A DNA stretch of 64,000 nucleotides from Arenicellales bacterium (GCA_965203865.1 OZ241916.1:934884-998883); one strand, 5' to 3'. Shown: positions 9,656 through 19,866, counted from the first letter of the stretch. Notes: generated by a model from the sequence alone, not told the origin. A program made the numbers and translations.

Positions 9656-9862
9656 TTATTCATCTGCAACCGATGCAAGCATTTTTGACTTGAAAGAAGG
9701 TTCTAGTGCTTTTGGCAAATCCTCGTTAATGTATTTTTCAACTACATCGCGTTTGTAGTTCAATATTCGGTAGATTCCGAAATCCAAATCAGCACTATCG
9801 AATTGGAATAGTTCCAATAGCAGTTTCTGAAACTTTTGAAAGTTTTTGTTTGAATTCGACAT
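9656..9862 (-). CDS. 68-aa ORF in the same frame as, and directly abutting, the helicase ORF
   Basis: The minus strand reads ..GCA GAT GAA TAA ATG GCG.. (TAA at 9658-9656, ATG at 9655-9653). The ORF contains FQFDSADLDFGIYRILNYKR. It could be a separate small protein or a detached N-terminus. Confidence 0.4.
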   Translation of the reverse strand: MSNSNKNFQKFQKLLLELFQFDSADLDFGIYRILNYKRDVVEKYINEDLPKALEPSFKSKMLASVADE

Positions 9863-10115
9863 GATGCTGTTTGTAAGCCAAGTAAAGTAAATCTCTAATT
9901 CTGATTAATCTTTAGGATTTGCTGGCAACGAGTGCTGTGGCAATGATTGGAAAATTTACTCTGGATTTCAGATTCATTCCATAGAACTTGCAATAAAGAA
10001 CGGGTAGACTGCAATAAATCTCTTGTACTCGCGAATTAATCCCACCAAGCGGGAAGCCAGTAAAAAATTTTCCAGTGAACAGGAGAATTATATAGTAGCT
10101 TCAGAGTGAATAATC

Positions 10116-10144
10116 AAAAAAAGAGGGGTCAATTTTGACCCCTC
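10116..10144 (-). terminator. Rho-independent terminator of the substrate-binding protein gene
   Basis: On the minus strand: gaggggtca-aaat-tgacccctc followed by T7. It starts 29 nt after the stop at 10173. Confidence 0.75.
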
Positions 10145-10172
10145 AAATAAAAAACAAAAAGTAGAAGAAAAT

Positions 10173-11816
10173 TTAACCTTTCAAAGCCAGTTGGTTTCCG
10201 AAAATGTAGCTGGTTGGGTGATGCCGAAATCCGACAACCTTGTCGCTCCAGGCAGAATAAACGGAACGCCATATCGGTTGCGTGATTGGACCGTCTTCCT
10301 GCATAATCATTTCCAGTTGCTTGATCAAGTCGCGGCGCTTTTCAATATCAAGCGTTCCTTCTGCCTGAGTCAAGATTCTGTCAAACTCCGGGTTTGCATA
10401 GTGCGACTCGTTCCAAGGCACGCCAGTCCGATAAGCCAAGCCCAGGACCATGAACCCAAGTGGACGATGTGTCCAGGAAGTGAACCCGAATGGAACCTTG
10501 TCCCAGACATCCCAGAAGTCCGCGGAAGGTAGCAGGTTTATGTCAACTCGGATATTTGCCTCCTTCCATTGTTCAACCATGGCTTGAACTGCTGCCAACT
10601 CCCATGGGGGGTCGCCCTTGCATGCAATTTCCACATCAACCCCGTCTGCCATTCCGGCTTCTGCCAGTAATTTCTTGGCCATCTCAGGGTCGCGTTGCAT
10701 TACAGGAAGTTCAGCATAGTCGGGATGAACTGGACTTACATGATGATGCTCGCCTGGTGCACCGGAATTTCGATGTGCCAGTTCCAAACACCGCGCCGGG
10801 TCTACGGCTATCCGAAAAGCTTTTCGTACTCTTGGGTCAGTGAACGGAGCTTGGTCGACCTGACCGCGGGCTACGCCAGTTTTTGCTGTAACAGCCTCGT
10901 ATACACCTACACCATTCATACCGCGATATACATCAAGTTGGGCAATAGTACCTTCGTATGAACCTTGAACCTGACCAGAAGAAATGGCCGCCAGCGTTGC
11001 AGAGGGGTCGTCACCAAGGTCAATGAACTCAATTCGGTCAACAAAAGGCCCATCTCCATAGTAGTTGTCTCTTCTGGCAAGAACTGCTTTTTCGTTCTGG
11101 ATGTACTCAACCAATTCGAAAGCACCTTGTCCATTTGAGCCCACTCCAAACTTCCCGCCTTCCTCTGGGTCGAGCATCGGGAAAGGATAATGGAACAAAT
11201 GTTCAGGTATCGCAATTTGCGGGACTTTTATATTCAACCGTAAGGTTTTTCCGTCAACGACTTCAATAGCATTGGCATCCCACAGGTTCTTGCCTTCGTC
11301 ATCCATCATGTAGCCTTTCATCAAGCCAAGAACGGAAGAACCGGTGTTCGGGTCAAGAACCCGGTTAATATTCCATGCCACATCTTCAGCGACAAAATCG
11401 CGGCCGTTGTGCCACTTCAAGTCTTTGCGAATTCGCAAAGACCAAGTCATGAGGTCATCACTGGCTTCCCAACCTTCCAGCAGAGCCGGATGCGTAACAT
11501 TGTCATGGTTGGTGAATGTTAAATACTCTACAACCTGACGAGTAATGTTTGAGTCATACACCCACTGGAAAATGTGCGGATCTTCAATTGTGGGGCAACG
11601 CATGGATATGCGCAGGGTTCCACCCATTGGCATATCTTGTGCGCGCGCTTCAGGAATTAGTGAAACTCCTGTTATATCGCCAGCAAATTTATATGCTGCT
11701 GCAGCAGACAATCCCAACAAAGTTGAATATCGCAGAAATTCACGACGAGTGATTTTCCCCTCCGCTAATTCTTCCTTTAGTTTGGGTATATGTCTGTGTT
11801 CTTTATTTTCAGACAT
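10173..11816 (-). CDS. ABC transporter substrate-binding protein, peptide/nickel family 5, Tat-type signal
   Basis: 547 aa. N-terminal TRREFLRYSTLLGLSAAAAY is a twin-arginine-like leader. The body resembles family-5 SBPs. No cognate permease or ATPase lies adjacent. Confidence 0.8.
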   Translation of the reverse strand: MSENKEHRHIPKLKEELAEGKITRREFLRYSTLLGLSAAAAYKFAGDITGVSLIPEARAQDMPMGGTLRISMRCPTIEDPHIFQWVYDSNITRQVVEYLTFTNHDNVTHPALLEGWEASDDLMTWSLRIRKDLKWHNGRDFVAEDVAWNINRVLDPNTGSSVLGLMKGYMMDDEGKNLWDANAIEVVDGKTLRLNIKVPQIAIPEHLFHYPFPMLDPEEGGKFGVGSNGQGAFELVEYIQNEKAVLARRDNYYGDGPFVDRIEFIDLGDDPSATLAAISSGQVQGSYEGTIAQLDVYRGMNGVGVYEAVTAKTGVARGQVDQAPFTDPRVRKAFRIAVDPARCLELAHRNSGAPGEHHHVSPVHPDYAELPVMQRDPEMAKKLLAEAGMADGVDVEIACKGDPPWELAAVQAMVEQWKEANIRVDINLLPSADFWDVWDKVPFGFTSWTHRPLGFMVLGLAYRTGVPWNESHYANPEFDRILTQAEGTLDIEKRRDLIKQLEMIMQEDGPITQPIWRSVYSAWSDKVVGFRHHPTSYIFGNQLALKG

Positions 11817-11963
11817 AATAAACTCCTTGTTAAATTGGTAAAATCATGGCGACAGTCCAAAAGTAACTGACCACCAATAATAAAATGGTATCTCATACAG
11901 TCGATAATGGCAAATTCAATCAGATGCAGAAAGAAGGTTCTATCAAATTTGGCACTGTGAGTT

Positions 11964-12599
11964 TTATCTCTCAATCACATGATTTCTAAAACCATGACTC
12001 TTCTTGCAGCCCTTGGTTGAAATATTTGCGAAAGGGAGCGCACAATTTGCAATTCGACTGTTTCTGTCAATATGAGCGGAAGCATTTTCCATGAATTTTG
12101 CCAGTACTCTGTATTTGATATTTGTGGTAATTTCGTTGTGATTTGAAGCATCTGCGTAATGTATGTACAAGTTATCGAGATTAGAGAGTAGTTGTATCCA
12201 ATGCCCGCCGCTGTGAGGAGATGAGTACCCTATTTGGTGGCCGTGTAAATTTTGGATTCTCTGCTTGATTGAACCGCTTTCACCAATATAGAGTATGTTT
12301 TCATTTGGCAACCAAAATTCGTTTAAACGAGTTACAAGCTCGCCTGATGATTTTGGATGATGCCCATCAATTTTCAGATCTGGTACACGTTCCAACCATT
12401 CAATTACTGAATTTCGGCAGATCGGAGCTACTGATTTCAAACCATCATTTGAATTTGGGTACCTTGAAAGAGAAATAAAGTAAATACCACGGTAAGTATC
12501 CCGGGAGTTTGATAACCAGTTTTCAATATCAACCCACTGGAAAACTCCTTTGTGTTCCAAATCGACAGATTCAAGTAGTTCGGATACAGTTAGTGGCAT
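11964..12599 (-). CDS. hypothetical protein, possible divergent GIY-YIG-like nuclease
   Basis: 211 aa. GIYFISL, then ILYIGESGSIKQRIQNLHGH, resembles GIY..YIG..R..H, but the two elements are about 70 aa apart, which is atypical. Confidence 0.35.
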   Translation of the reverse strand: MPLTVSELLESVDLEHKGVFQWVDIENWLSNSRDTYRGIYFISLSRYPNSNDGLKSVAPICRNSVIEWLERVPDLKIDGHHPKSSGELVTRLNEFWLPNENILYIGESGSIKQRIQNLHGHQIGYSSPHSGGHWIQLLSNLDNLYIHYADASNHNEITTNIKYRVLAKFMENASAHIDRNSRIANCALPFANISTKGCKKSHGFRNHVIER

Positions 12600-12618
12600 G
12601 CTTCAATGCCCCATACAA

Positions 12619-13416
12619 CTAATGTTGTAAAACCTGGCTCAGAAACAACTGGGTTCTTTCATTCTGCGGATTGTCAAAAAAGTCGTCTGGATTATTCTCT
12701 TCAATAATCTCACCTTCATCCATAAAGATCACACGATTTGCCACCGTTTTCGCAAACCCCATTTCGTGCGTAACAACCAGCATCGTCATGCCGCTTTGCG
12801 CCAGTTCAATCATCACGTCCAGTACTTCTTTGATCATTTCCGGGTCAAGGGCTGAAGTGGGTTCGTCAAACAGCATGATCTTCGGATTCATGCACAAGCT
12901 GCGCGCAATCGCCACGCGTTGTTGCTGACCGCCTGACAACTGGCCCGGGTATTTTTTTGCTTGGTCTGGAATTCGAACCCGCTCAAGATACTTCATTGCA
13001 ATTTCCTCGGCTTCTTCCTTTGGCTTCTTTCTCACCCAAATCGGTGCAAGCGTACAGTTTTCCAGTACCGTAAGGTGAGGGAACAGGTTGAAGTGCTGAA
13101 ACACCATCCCGACTTCCCGCCTGATTTCTGCAATATTCTTCAGATTGCCGGACAGAGTGATTCCATCAACGACAATTTCGCCTTTCTGGTGCTCCTCCAG
13201 CCGGTTGATACACCGAATTAATGTCGATTTCCCCGACCCGGAAGGACCGCAAACGACAATGCGTTCCTGAGTTTCTACGGTCAGGTGAATATCTTTCAAG
13301 GCATGGAATTCGCCGAACCACTTGTGCATTGCCCGAATTTCTATCGCGGGCATTTGCCCCGACAATGTATTTTCGCTTGATTCAGTAAGCTGTGTTTGAC
13401 TTGCGTTTTCGTTCAT
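12619..13416 (-). CDS. aapP: amino-acid ABC transporter ATP-binding protein
   Basis: Walker [10 protein letters not shown], signature [13 protein letters not shown], Walker [13 protein letters not shown]. Confidence 0.85.
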   Translation of the reverse strand: MNENASQTQLTESSENTLSGQMPAIEIRAMHKWFGEFHALKDIHLTVETQERIVVCGPSGSGKSTLIRCINRLEEHQKGEIVVDGITLSGNLKNIAEIRREVGMVFQHFNLFPHLTVLENCTLAPIWVRKKPKEEAEEIAMKYLERVRIPDQAKKYPGQLSGGQQQRVAIARSLCMNPKIMLFDEPTSALDPEMIKEVLDVMIELAQSGMTMLVVTHEMGFAKTVANRVIFMDEGEIIEENNPDDFFDNPQNERTQLFLSQVLQH

Positions 13417-13436
13417 ATCGAGTATTTCATGGGTTG

Positions 13437-14558
13437 TTATTTGCGATATCCTGTATCCAGTTTTCTTTCAAGATACAGTGAATAGCGCGACATTGCAAAG
13501 CAGGAAATGAAAAATCCGACTGCAATAAAGAGATAGAGTTCGGTAGACAGGCCCTGCCAGGCAGAATCAGCAAGAACTGCGCGGCTGATTCCAAGCGGAT
13601 CCAGCAGACCAACCACAACAACAAGAGTAGTGTCTTTATACAGGCCGATAAACGTGTTTACAATTCCCGGAATGGAAATCTTCAGTGCCTGAGGCAGAAT
13701 AATCAGTCTCATTGACTTCCGGTAGTTCAGTCCAAGTGCATCGGCCGCTTCAAATTGTCCTTTCGGTATTGCGGCAAATCCTCCACGCACTACTTCGGCG
13801 ATATAAGCGGAAGAAAAAATGATGACCATTACCATGACCCGGACCAGCAAATCAATGTAAGTGCCGGGAGGCATGAAATAGTTCAACAGAGTTGATGCAA
13901 CAAATAGCAGAGTAATGAGCGGGACACCGCGAATAAATTCAATGTAGATAATGCTCAGGGTGCGTACAAGAGGCATATTTGACCGCCGTCCCAAAGACAG
14001 CAGGATTCCGATGGGCAATGATATGACAATGCCAGTTACACCGATAACAACTGTGAGCATGAAGCCTCCGAACTTGGGAGATTCCACTGGCTCGAATCCT
14101 AGTCCTCCCCAAAGAAGAAAGTAAGCAATGAACGGGTAGGCGATTGAAAACCATATTAGTTTTTTGCGTATTGGTATTTGGTCGTACAGCACGGGTACCA
14201 GCGCAACCAGCATAAGTACGAAAGCGAGGTTCACGCGCCATCTCAAGTGTTCGGGATAAAACCCGTACATAAACTGCTCGAATCGAATTGATACAACGGC
14301 CCAGCAGGCACCGCTCCCCAGTTCGCGGCATTCGTTGCGATGACCGGCATCGAAAACCGCGTCCAGATAGGCCCAACTGAAAATTGGCGGGATGATTTTG
14401 TACAGAAAATAAACGGCGACAATCGTAAGTACGATATTTGTAGTGCTGGAAAACAGGTTTGTTTTAATCCAGCCCAGTACACCTGTTGTTGTAACCGGCG
14501 GGGGCAGGTCCGGATGAGTTCCAGGTTCGTAGTTTTTCGGAAAGTCGATTTGTGCCAT
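13437..14558 (-). CDS. aapM: amino-acid ABC transporter permease
   Basis: Multi-TM permease with an EAA-like loop ([24 protein letters not shown]). The start is set at the internal Met (MAQIDF), which removes the overlap with aapQ. Confidence 0.8.
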   Translation of the reverse strand: MAQIDFPKNYEPGTHPDLPPPVTTTGVLGWIKTNLFSSTTNIVLTIVAVYFLYKIIPPIFSWAYLDAVFDAGHRNECRELGSGACWAVVSIRFEQFMYGFYPEHLRWRVNLAFVLMLVALVPVLYDQIPIRKKLIWFSIAYPFIAYFLLWGGLGFEPVESPKFGGFMLTVVIGVTGIVISLPIGILLSLGRRSNMPLVRTLSIIYIEFIRGVPLITLLFVASTLLNYFMPPGTYIDLLVRVMVMVIIFSSAYIAEVVRGGFAAIPKGQFEAADALGLNYRKSMRLIILPQALKISIPGIVNTFIGLYKDTTLVVVVGLLDPLGISRAVLADSAWQGLSTELYLFIAVGFFISCFAMSRYSLYLERKLDTGYRK

Positions 14559-14569
14559 GACTGCTAAAT

Positions 14570-15811
14570 TTATCTCTCGACCAAGGCGATACGTCGGTTG
14601 TACCAATTCATGATGGCAGATATTCCAAGCGATATTGCCAAGTACAGCGCCAGTACTATTGACATGCATTCCAGAGCTCTTCCGGTCTGATTCAGCGAAA
14701 TCCCTCCTATTGTTGCAACAATGTCCATGTATCCAACAGCGATTGCCAGGGATGAGTTTTTGGTCAGGTTCAAATACTGGCTAATCAACGGAGGAACAAT
14801 AACCCGAAGTGCTTGCGGGAGGATAATCAGTCGCATTGTCCAGTTGGGCTTGATTCCGAGTGCGTATGCGGCTTCTGTTTGGCCGTGGCTGACTGCAAGA
14901 ATGCCTGAGCGCACAATTTCGGCAATAAAGGCGCCTGTATAGACTCCCAATGCAAATGTGAGCGCTACAAATTCAGGTGAAAGCACCAATCCACCATTGA
15001 AGTTGAATCCCTTGAAGACTGGCATCTCCAGGTTCACTGGCGAGCCGGCAAGAAAATACACTATGACCGGGACAATCACAATAATCGCTGTGTTGATTGT
15101 CAGTACCGGATAGGCTTGTCCAGTTTGCTCCTGCCTTTTTTGGGCAAGCCTTGCGAAAATCACTGCGCCTGCAATGGACGCAACGACAGCTGCCGTAACC
15201 CACCAGAATGCTGGCTCGAATAATGGCTTTGGCACGTAGAAGCCCCGATTGGACAAATAAATTCCATCTACGAGGGATATTGAATTCTTTGGGTGGGGCA
15301 GACTGTGAATGATCACACCATGCCAAAGGAGTATCCATAAAAGCACTGGAACGTTGCGACTGAATTCAACGAATACATAGAAAATTCGATTAATCAGCCA
15401 GTTGGAAGACAGGCGCAGGACACCAGCGATAAAGCCGATGACGGTGGCAAGAAAGATACCGCAAATTGCCACCAGTGCCGTATTCAGTATTCCAACAACT
15501 GTTGCGCGAAGATGGGTGCTTCTGGAGGAATACTCGATAAGAGACTGGTTGATGTCATAGCTGGACGGCGTAAACAGAAAGCCGTAGCCGGCTTCTCGTC
15601 CGAGCAGCTCAAGGTTGGCCAGTGTATTTCGGATAAAGTAGCCAAACAGAGACAGAACGACAATCAGTACGAAAATCTGGATGATAACCTGCCTGGATTT
15701 TTCGTTTGTCCAGACATCTGCCAACCTGAATGTTGACTTGGGTGGGGAAACAGCAAGGTGTTGCACGAAGGAAAATCCTTGCGATGCCAAAATGCGTGGA
15801 GTAAATGACAA
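14570..15811 (-). CDS. aapQ: amino-acid ABC transporter permease
   Basis: 413-aa permease with [24 protein letters not shown]. Confidence 0.8.
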   Translation of the reverse strand: MSFTPRILASQGFSFVQHLAVSPPKSTFRLADVWTNEKSRQVIIQIFVLIVVLSLFGYFIRNTLANLELLGREAGYGFLFTPSSYDINQSLIEYSSRSTHLRATVVGILNTALVAICGIFLATVIGFIAGVLRLSSNWLINRIFYVFVEFSRNVPVLLWILLWHGVIIHSLPHPKNSISLVDGIYLSNRGFYVPKPLFEPAFWWVTAAVVASIAGAVIFARLAQKRQEQTGQAYPVLTINTAIIVIVPVIVYFLAGSPVNLEMPVFKGFNFNGGLVLSPEFVALTFALGVYTGAFIAEIVRSGILAVSHGQTEAAYALGIKPNWTMRLIILPQALRVIVPPLISQYLNLTKNSSLAIAVGYMDIVATIGGISLNQTGRALECMSIVLALYLAISLGISAIMNWYNRRIALVER

Positions 15812-15847
15812 CGTGCGCGAATATCGCGCACGCTGTCAAATTACCGA

Positions 15848-16873
15848 TTACCGATATGGAGGAGCGTAAATCAAGCCGCCATCTGTCCAGAGTGCGTTAA
15901 GTCCGCGCTCCAAACCAATGTCAGTATTCACCCCGAGATAAGTCTCGAAAATTTCTCCATAGTTTCCGACTGCAGAAAGTACGTTAACCACCCAGTTTTT
16001 ATCCAAACCGAGCATGGCTCCGTATTCACCTTCAGTGCCGAACATTCTGTTCAGTTCTGCATCTTTTCCGGCTTCCATTGCCATTTCTTTGACATTTGCC
16101 TGGGTTATGCCTTTTTCTTCGGCAATAATCAGGACATTGAGGACCCATCGAACAATATCTGCCCAATCGTCATCGCCATGTCGTACCAATGGACCCAGAG
16201 GTTCTTTCGAGATAACTTCTGGCAGTACTACGTGGTCGTTCGGATTGTCCAGCGAGGCACGAGTTGCCGCCAGTCCGGAGCGGTCTGTTGTATAAACATC
16301 GCAACGTCCTGCAAGATAATTTTGCCGTGCTTCTGCATTGGTTTCGATTGTAACTGGCTCGTAAGACATATTGTTGGAACGGAAGTAGTCCGCGAGGTTC
16401 AACTCAGTCGTTGTTCCAGTTTGAATACAGATGGATGCCCCGTTCAGTTCTGTGGCACTTTTTACACCCAGGGAAGAAGGAACCATAAAGCCCTGACCGT
16501 CGTAATAGTTAACCCCAAGAAACGTGAGTTTCAGGTCGACATCACGACTGTACGTCCATGTGGTATTACGAGACAATAAATCAACTTCACCTGATTTAAG
16601 CGCTTCAAAACGAGTTTTACCAGTTAAATTGGTGTACTTTACTTTTGAGGCATCACCGAAGACGGCTGCAGCTACTGCTTCACAAATAGCTACGTCAAAG
16701 CCTTTCCAGTTGCCAGCGTCGTCTGCGAATGCAAAGCCGACCAAGCCGGTGTTAATACCGCATTGAACAAATCCCTTTGCCTTTACGTCATCCATAGTAG
16801 CGGCACTTGCAGCACCGTAAATAGATAGACTCAATATTGCTGCAAACACAGCTACGAGTTTCTTACTCTTCAT
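15848..16873 (-). CDS. aapJ: general L-amino-acid ABC substrate-binding protein
   Basis: 341 aa with a signal peptide (MKSKKLVAVFAAILSLSIYGAASA) and a family-3 SBP body. It is the first gene of the JQMP order. Confidence 0.85.
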   Translation of the reverse strand: MKSKKLVAVFAAILSLSIYGAASAATMDDVKAKGFVQCGINTGLVGFAFADDAGNWKGFDVAICEAVAAAVFGDASKVKYTNLTGKTRFEALKSGEVDLLSRNTTWTYSRDVDLKLTFLGVNYYDGQGFMVPSSLGVKSATELNGASICIQTGTTTELNLADYFRSNNMSYEPVTIETNAEARQNYLAGRCDVYTTDRSGLAATRASLDNPNDHVVLPEVISKEPLGPLVRHGDDDWADIVRWVLNVLIIAEEKGITQANVKEMAMEAGKDAELNRMFGTEGEYGAMLGLDKNWVVNVLSAVGNYGEIFETYLGVNTDIGLERGLNALWTDGGLIYAPPYR

Positions 16874-17099
16874 AGTTCTACCTCCAAGTAGAATAAACGT
16901 TTACAATAACGAGTATGAAAATAGTATTGTCAATTTTGGTGTTGATTTATCTGTATGACGGATAAAACAACTCCTGACTGACTGGATAGAAAAGTTACTA
17001 TAACTTAATCCTTCATCGAAATAAAAATATTTTTGTTGTTTTTGAATGATTGAAATTTGAAAAAATTTAATTGTCCGGCATTAATTGTAACAATTGATA

Positions 17100-18427
17100 G
17101 GGAATTATATCCAATGATAACCAGACCATTGGATACTGTTCTGCCCGGTAGGAGGTCCTCCCGAAGACGACTGGATTATCCTCTTCGACGAACCTTCCTG
17201 ATTCTCAATTCTCCCCGGAGCATCGGGCCTCCCGCCCAGACTGCCGGTCAAGCCGGCACGGAGAATATTCTTGGCCGCATTCACATCGCGATCCTCTTCA
17301 TGACCGCAATGACCGCAGCGATACGTGCGTTCCTTCAAGCCAATCTTTACATTGGGTTTCCCGAAGCACACTGAACAGGTTTGCGATGTATTATGCGGCG
17401 GTACTTTCAGCAGCATGCCGCCGGCGCTTTCGGCCTTGTAGGACAGCATGTGCATCAATCCATTCCATTTCTGCTCCAGCATGGAGCGATTCAAGCCTTT
17501 CTTTGATCTTCTGTTTCCGGTCTTCGTCATGCTGCGGATATTCAGATCTTCCACTATGAGATTGGAACTGGCTTCCTTGATGATCCTTGCAGACAGTTCA
17601 TGCAGTCTGCCGTGCTCTCTTTCCTTCAGTCTCTGGCATTCTTTGGACAACTGAAGCACCGTCTTCTTTCTGCTGCTCGAACCTGGCCTGGCTCGCGCCG
17701 CCTTTCTTTGCAGATGCTTCTTCCTGTTCAGCTTCTTCTTGCGCCGGTCAAGCGACTCCCCTCGAACGACAACTCCATTCGACATTGCCACCACGCTGGA
17801 TATGCCCACGTCGATTCCAATCGGGGCGCGTTCATCGACCACATTGTCGCCGGCAGGTATTTCGGTTGTCAGCTGAACCTTCACTCGCCGCGCCGTCTTC
17901 ACGACTCGCAGCATCTTCACCCGGCCTTGCAACTTGCCTTTGAAGCGAAGCGTCCCTACTCCCTTTATCGATACCGTGTTCCAATGCCGCCGGCACTTGA
18001 TATGGAACGAATCCGTCTCGAACGACCTGACTTTCCTGCGACTCGACTTGAACTTCGGAAAGCCCGGCTTTTCGCCATTTCTCACTCAACGGTAGAAATT
18101 CTGAAACGCCTTGTCAAGCCGCATCAATATGCTTCTCTGCGATGACACATGATAACCACTGAACCAGCAGTCGTCCGCACGTACAAGCGTCAGGGATTTG
18201 AATTGATCGAACTTCGTTATGCCAACGCCGCATTTCTCATACGCATTTATCCTCTCTTCCAAGGCACAGTTCCACAACAGCGTCTGTTGATTCAAAAAGT
18301 CATCCAGATGCTCGTGTGCCGACCTGGAGAGCTTTGCAGTGTGGGTGAAAGTGCGAATTGTTGCGGGGGTGTTCACAATCCGCCCATTATACCAAACCAT
18401 CTTTGGTTATTACTGTATATAATTCCC
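17100..18427 (-). mobile_element. solo TnpB element (IS200/IS605-superfamily, IS1341-like, no tnpA)
   Basis: The segment is visibly G+C-richer than both flanks. It is bounded by 13-bp inverted repeats: gggaattatatcc at 17100-17112 and gtatataattccc at 18415-18427 (12/13 match). A subterminal hairpin tccaatg-N10-cattgga lies at 17110-17133. Confidence 0.6.
17105..18400 (-). pseudogene. tnpB: tnpB (RNA-guided endonuclease family) interrupted by one in-frame TGA
   Basis: ORFs of 104 aa and 326 aa share one frame and are separated only by TGA at 18088-18086 (..FQNFYR*VRNGEKPGFPKFKS). RuvC-I IGIDVGIS, RuvC-II IVEDLNI, the zinc finger CSVC..CGHCGH and RuvC-III DRDVNAAKNI are all intact. Confidence 0.8.
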
Positions 18428-18487
18428 AATTAATACTAAATCCGCTATCGTCTTCATGTGCCGGGCAGCAGGGTGTAAGCCATCTGA

Positions 18488-19462
18488 TCAGTTTGATTCC
18501 AAGGCTTCTGCCGCTTGCTGGTCTGCAAGATAAGAAGACCGAACCATGGGACCTGAAGCGACATGTGCAAACCCCATTTCCTCGCCGATTTGCTTCAATT
18601 TGCCAAAAGCTTCCAGCGATACATACTGTTCCACGGGCAGATGGTACCGGCTTGGCTGAAGATACTGTCCCAAAGTCAGGATTTTGACCTCATGGTCGCG
18701 CAGGTCTCTCATCACAGCAACTATTTCGTCCAATGATTCACCGATTCCGAGCATAAGTCCCGCTTTGGTAGGCACATTCGGATGACGCTCCCCAAACTGC
18801 CTGAGCAGTTCCAGCGAATGCTTGTAGTCCGACCCGGGTCGAACCTTGCGATAAAGCCGGGGAACGGTTTCGAGATTGTGGCTGAACACATCCGGAGGAG
18901 CAGCTGAGAGACAATCAAGTGCAGTTTCCATGCGAGACCGAAAATCCGGGGTCAGGATTTCAATTTTGGTTTGCGGTGCTGTGATTCTGATTTGCCGAAC
19001 ACAATCGGCGAAATGCGCGGCACCGCCGTCTCTGAGGTCGTCTCGGTCCACCGAAGTAACCACAACAAAATTCAGGCCCATTTGCCTTACTGTTTTGGCC
19101 AGGTTCAACGGCTCATTCGAGTCTGGTGCCAGAGGTCGCCCGTGAGCTACATCGCAGAACGGGCATCTTCGGGTGCAAATATCCCCTAAAATCATAAAAG
19201 TGGCTGTTCCTCGTGCAAAGCATTCCCCGAGATTTGGGCAGGATGCTTCTTCACACACTGTATGAAGCTGGTTTTCGCGCAAAATTTCCTTGAGCCGGTA
19301 CACTTCTGGCGTGCCCGGAAATTTCGAGCGAATCCAGTAAGGCTTCTTTAATCTTTGATGGGGTTCCTGCGGTGCAATCTTGACAGGAATTCTCGCTGTC
19401 TTTTCAGCACCGCGAAGCTTCACTCCGGGCTGTGGCGATGATGTGGCTGCTGTGTTCATCAC
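18488..19462 (-). CDS. lipA: lipoyl synthase
   Basis: [12 protein letters not shown] and CTRRCPFC radical-SAM and auxiliary cluster motifs. Confidence 0.92.
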   Translation of the reverse strand: MMNTAATSSPQPGVKLRGAEKTARIPVKIAPQEPHQRLKKPYWIRSKFPGTPEVYRLKEILRENQLHTVCEEASCPNLGECFARGTATFMILGDICTRRCPFCDVAHGRPLAPDSNEPLNLAKTVRQMGLNFVVVTSVDRDDLRDGGAAHFADCVRQIRITAPQTKIEILTPDFRSRMETALDCLSAAPPDVFSHNLETVPRLYRKVRPGSDYKHSLELLRQFGERHPNVPTKAGLMLGIGESLDEIVAVMRDLRDHEVKILTLGQYLQPSRYHLPVEQYVSLEAFGKLKQIGEEMGFAHVASGPMVRSSYLADQQAAEALESN

Positions 19463-19485
19463 TTTTTGGCTAGCAATCCGAATTA

Positions 19486-19866
19486 CTAATTTATCTCTGA
19501 AACAAAGTCATCGTAGGATTCCTGGTTCATTAAACTTCCCAGTTCAGATGAATCCTTAATTTTCAGCTTGAGGAACCAGCCGGCTTCTGTCGGACTTGCG
19601 TTCACCAGTTCAGGAGAGAATTTCAGTTCTTCATTGATATCAACGACTGTCCCGGATAAAGGTGCTTTTACTTCCGCGGCGGTTTTGACTGATTCAACCA
19701 CTGCTATTTTGTCGTCTACTGTCAATGCTGTGTCAATCTTTGGCAGTTCGACAAAAACAATATCGCCGAGCTCACTTTGCGCATGGTCTGAAATGCCGAC
19801 TATGACAACATCGTCACTCCCAATTTTTATCCAGGCATGGTCCTCTGTGTAGCGTAGTTCAGTCAT
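19486..19866 (-). CDS. gcvH: glycine cleavage system H protein
   Basis: 126 aa with the lipoyl-lysine motif [10 protein letters not shown]. Confidence 0.92.
   Translation of the reverse strand: MTELRYTEDHAWIKIGSDDVVIVGISDHAQSELGDIVFVELPKIDTALTVDDKIAVVESVKTAAEVKAPLSGTVVDINEELKFSPELVNASPTEAGWFLKLKIKDSSELGSLMNQESYDDFVSEIN

Noticed and set aside
13939-15338. Alternative-frame ORFs inside the aapM and aapQ permease genes (13939-14376, 14243-14482, 14973-15338).
   Set aside because: They are embedded in permease genes with clear TM and EAA-loop patterns, and their Cys/Arg-rich translations are typical of wrong frames.
9653-18088. The idea that the in-frame TAA and TGA reflect an alternative genetic code or programmed recoding (for example selenocysteine at the tnpB TGA).
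   Set aside because: TAA and TGA terminate many well-delimited housekeeping genes in this window at the expected lengths. Each interruption is a single isolated codon, and I see no SECIS-like hairpin immediately 3' of the TGA.
17057-18433. Plus-strand ORFs antisense to tnpB (17057-17374, 17587-17943, 17600-18145, 18149-18433).
   Set aside because: They are antisense to a well-supported TnpB frame in a G+C-rich element. The 17057-17374 ORF also covers the region expected to encode the omegaRNA rather than a protein.
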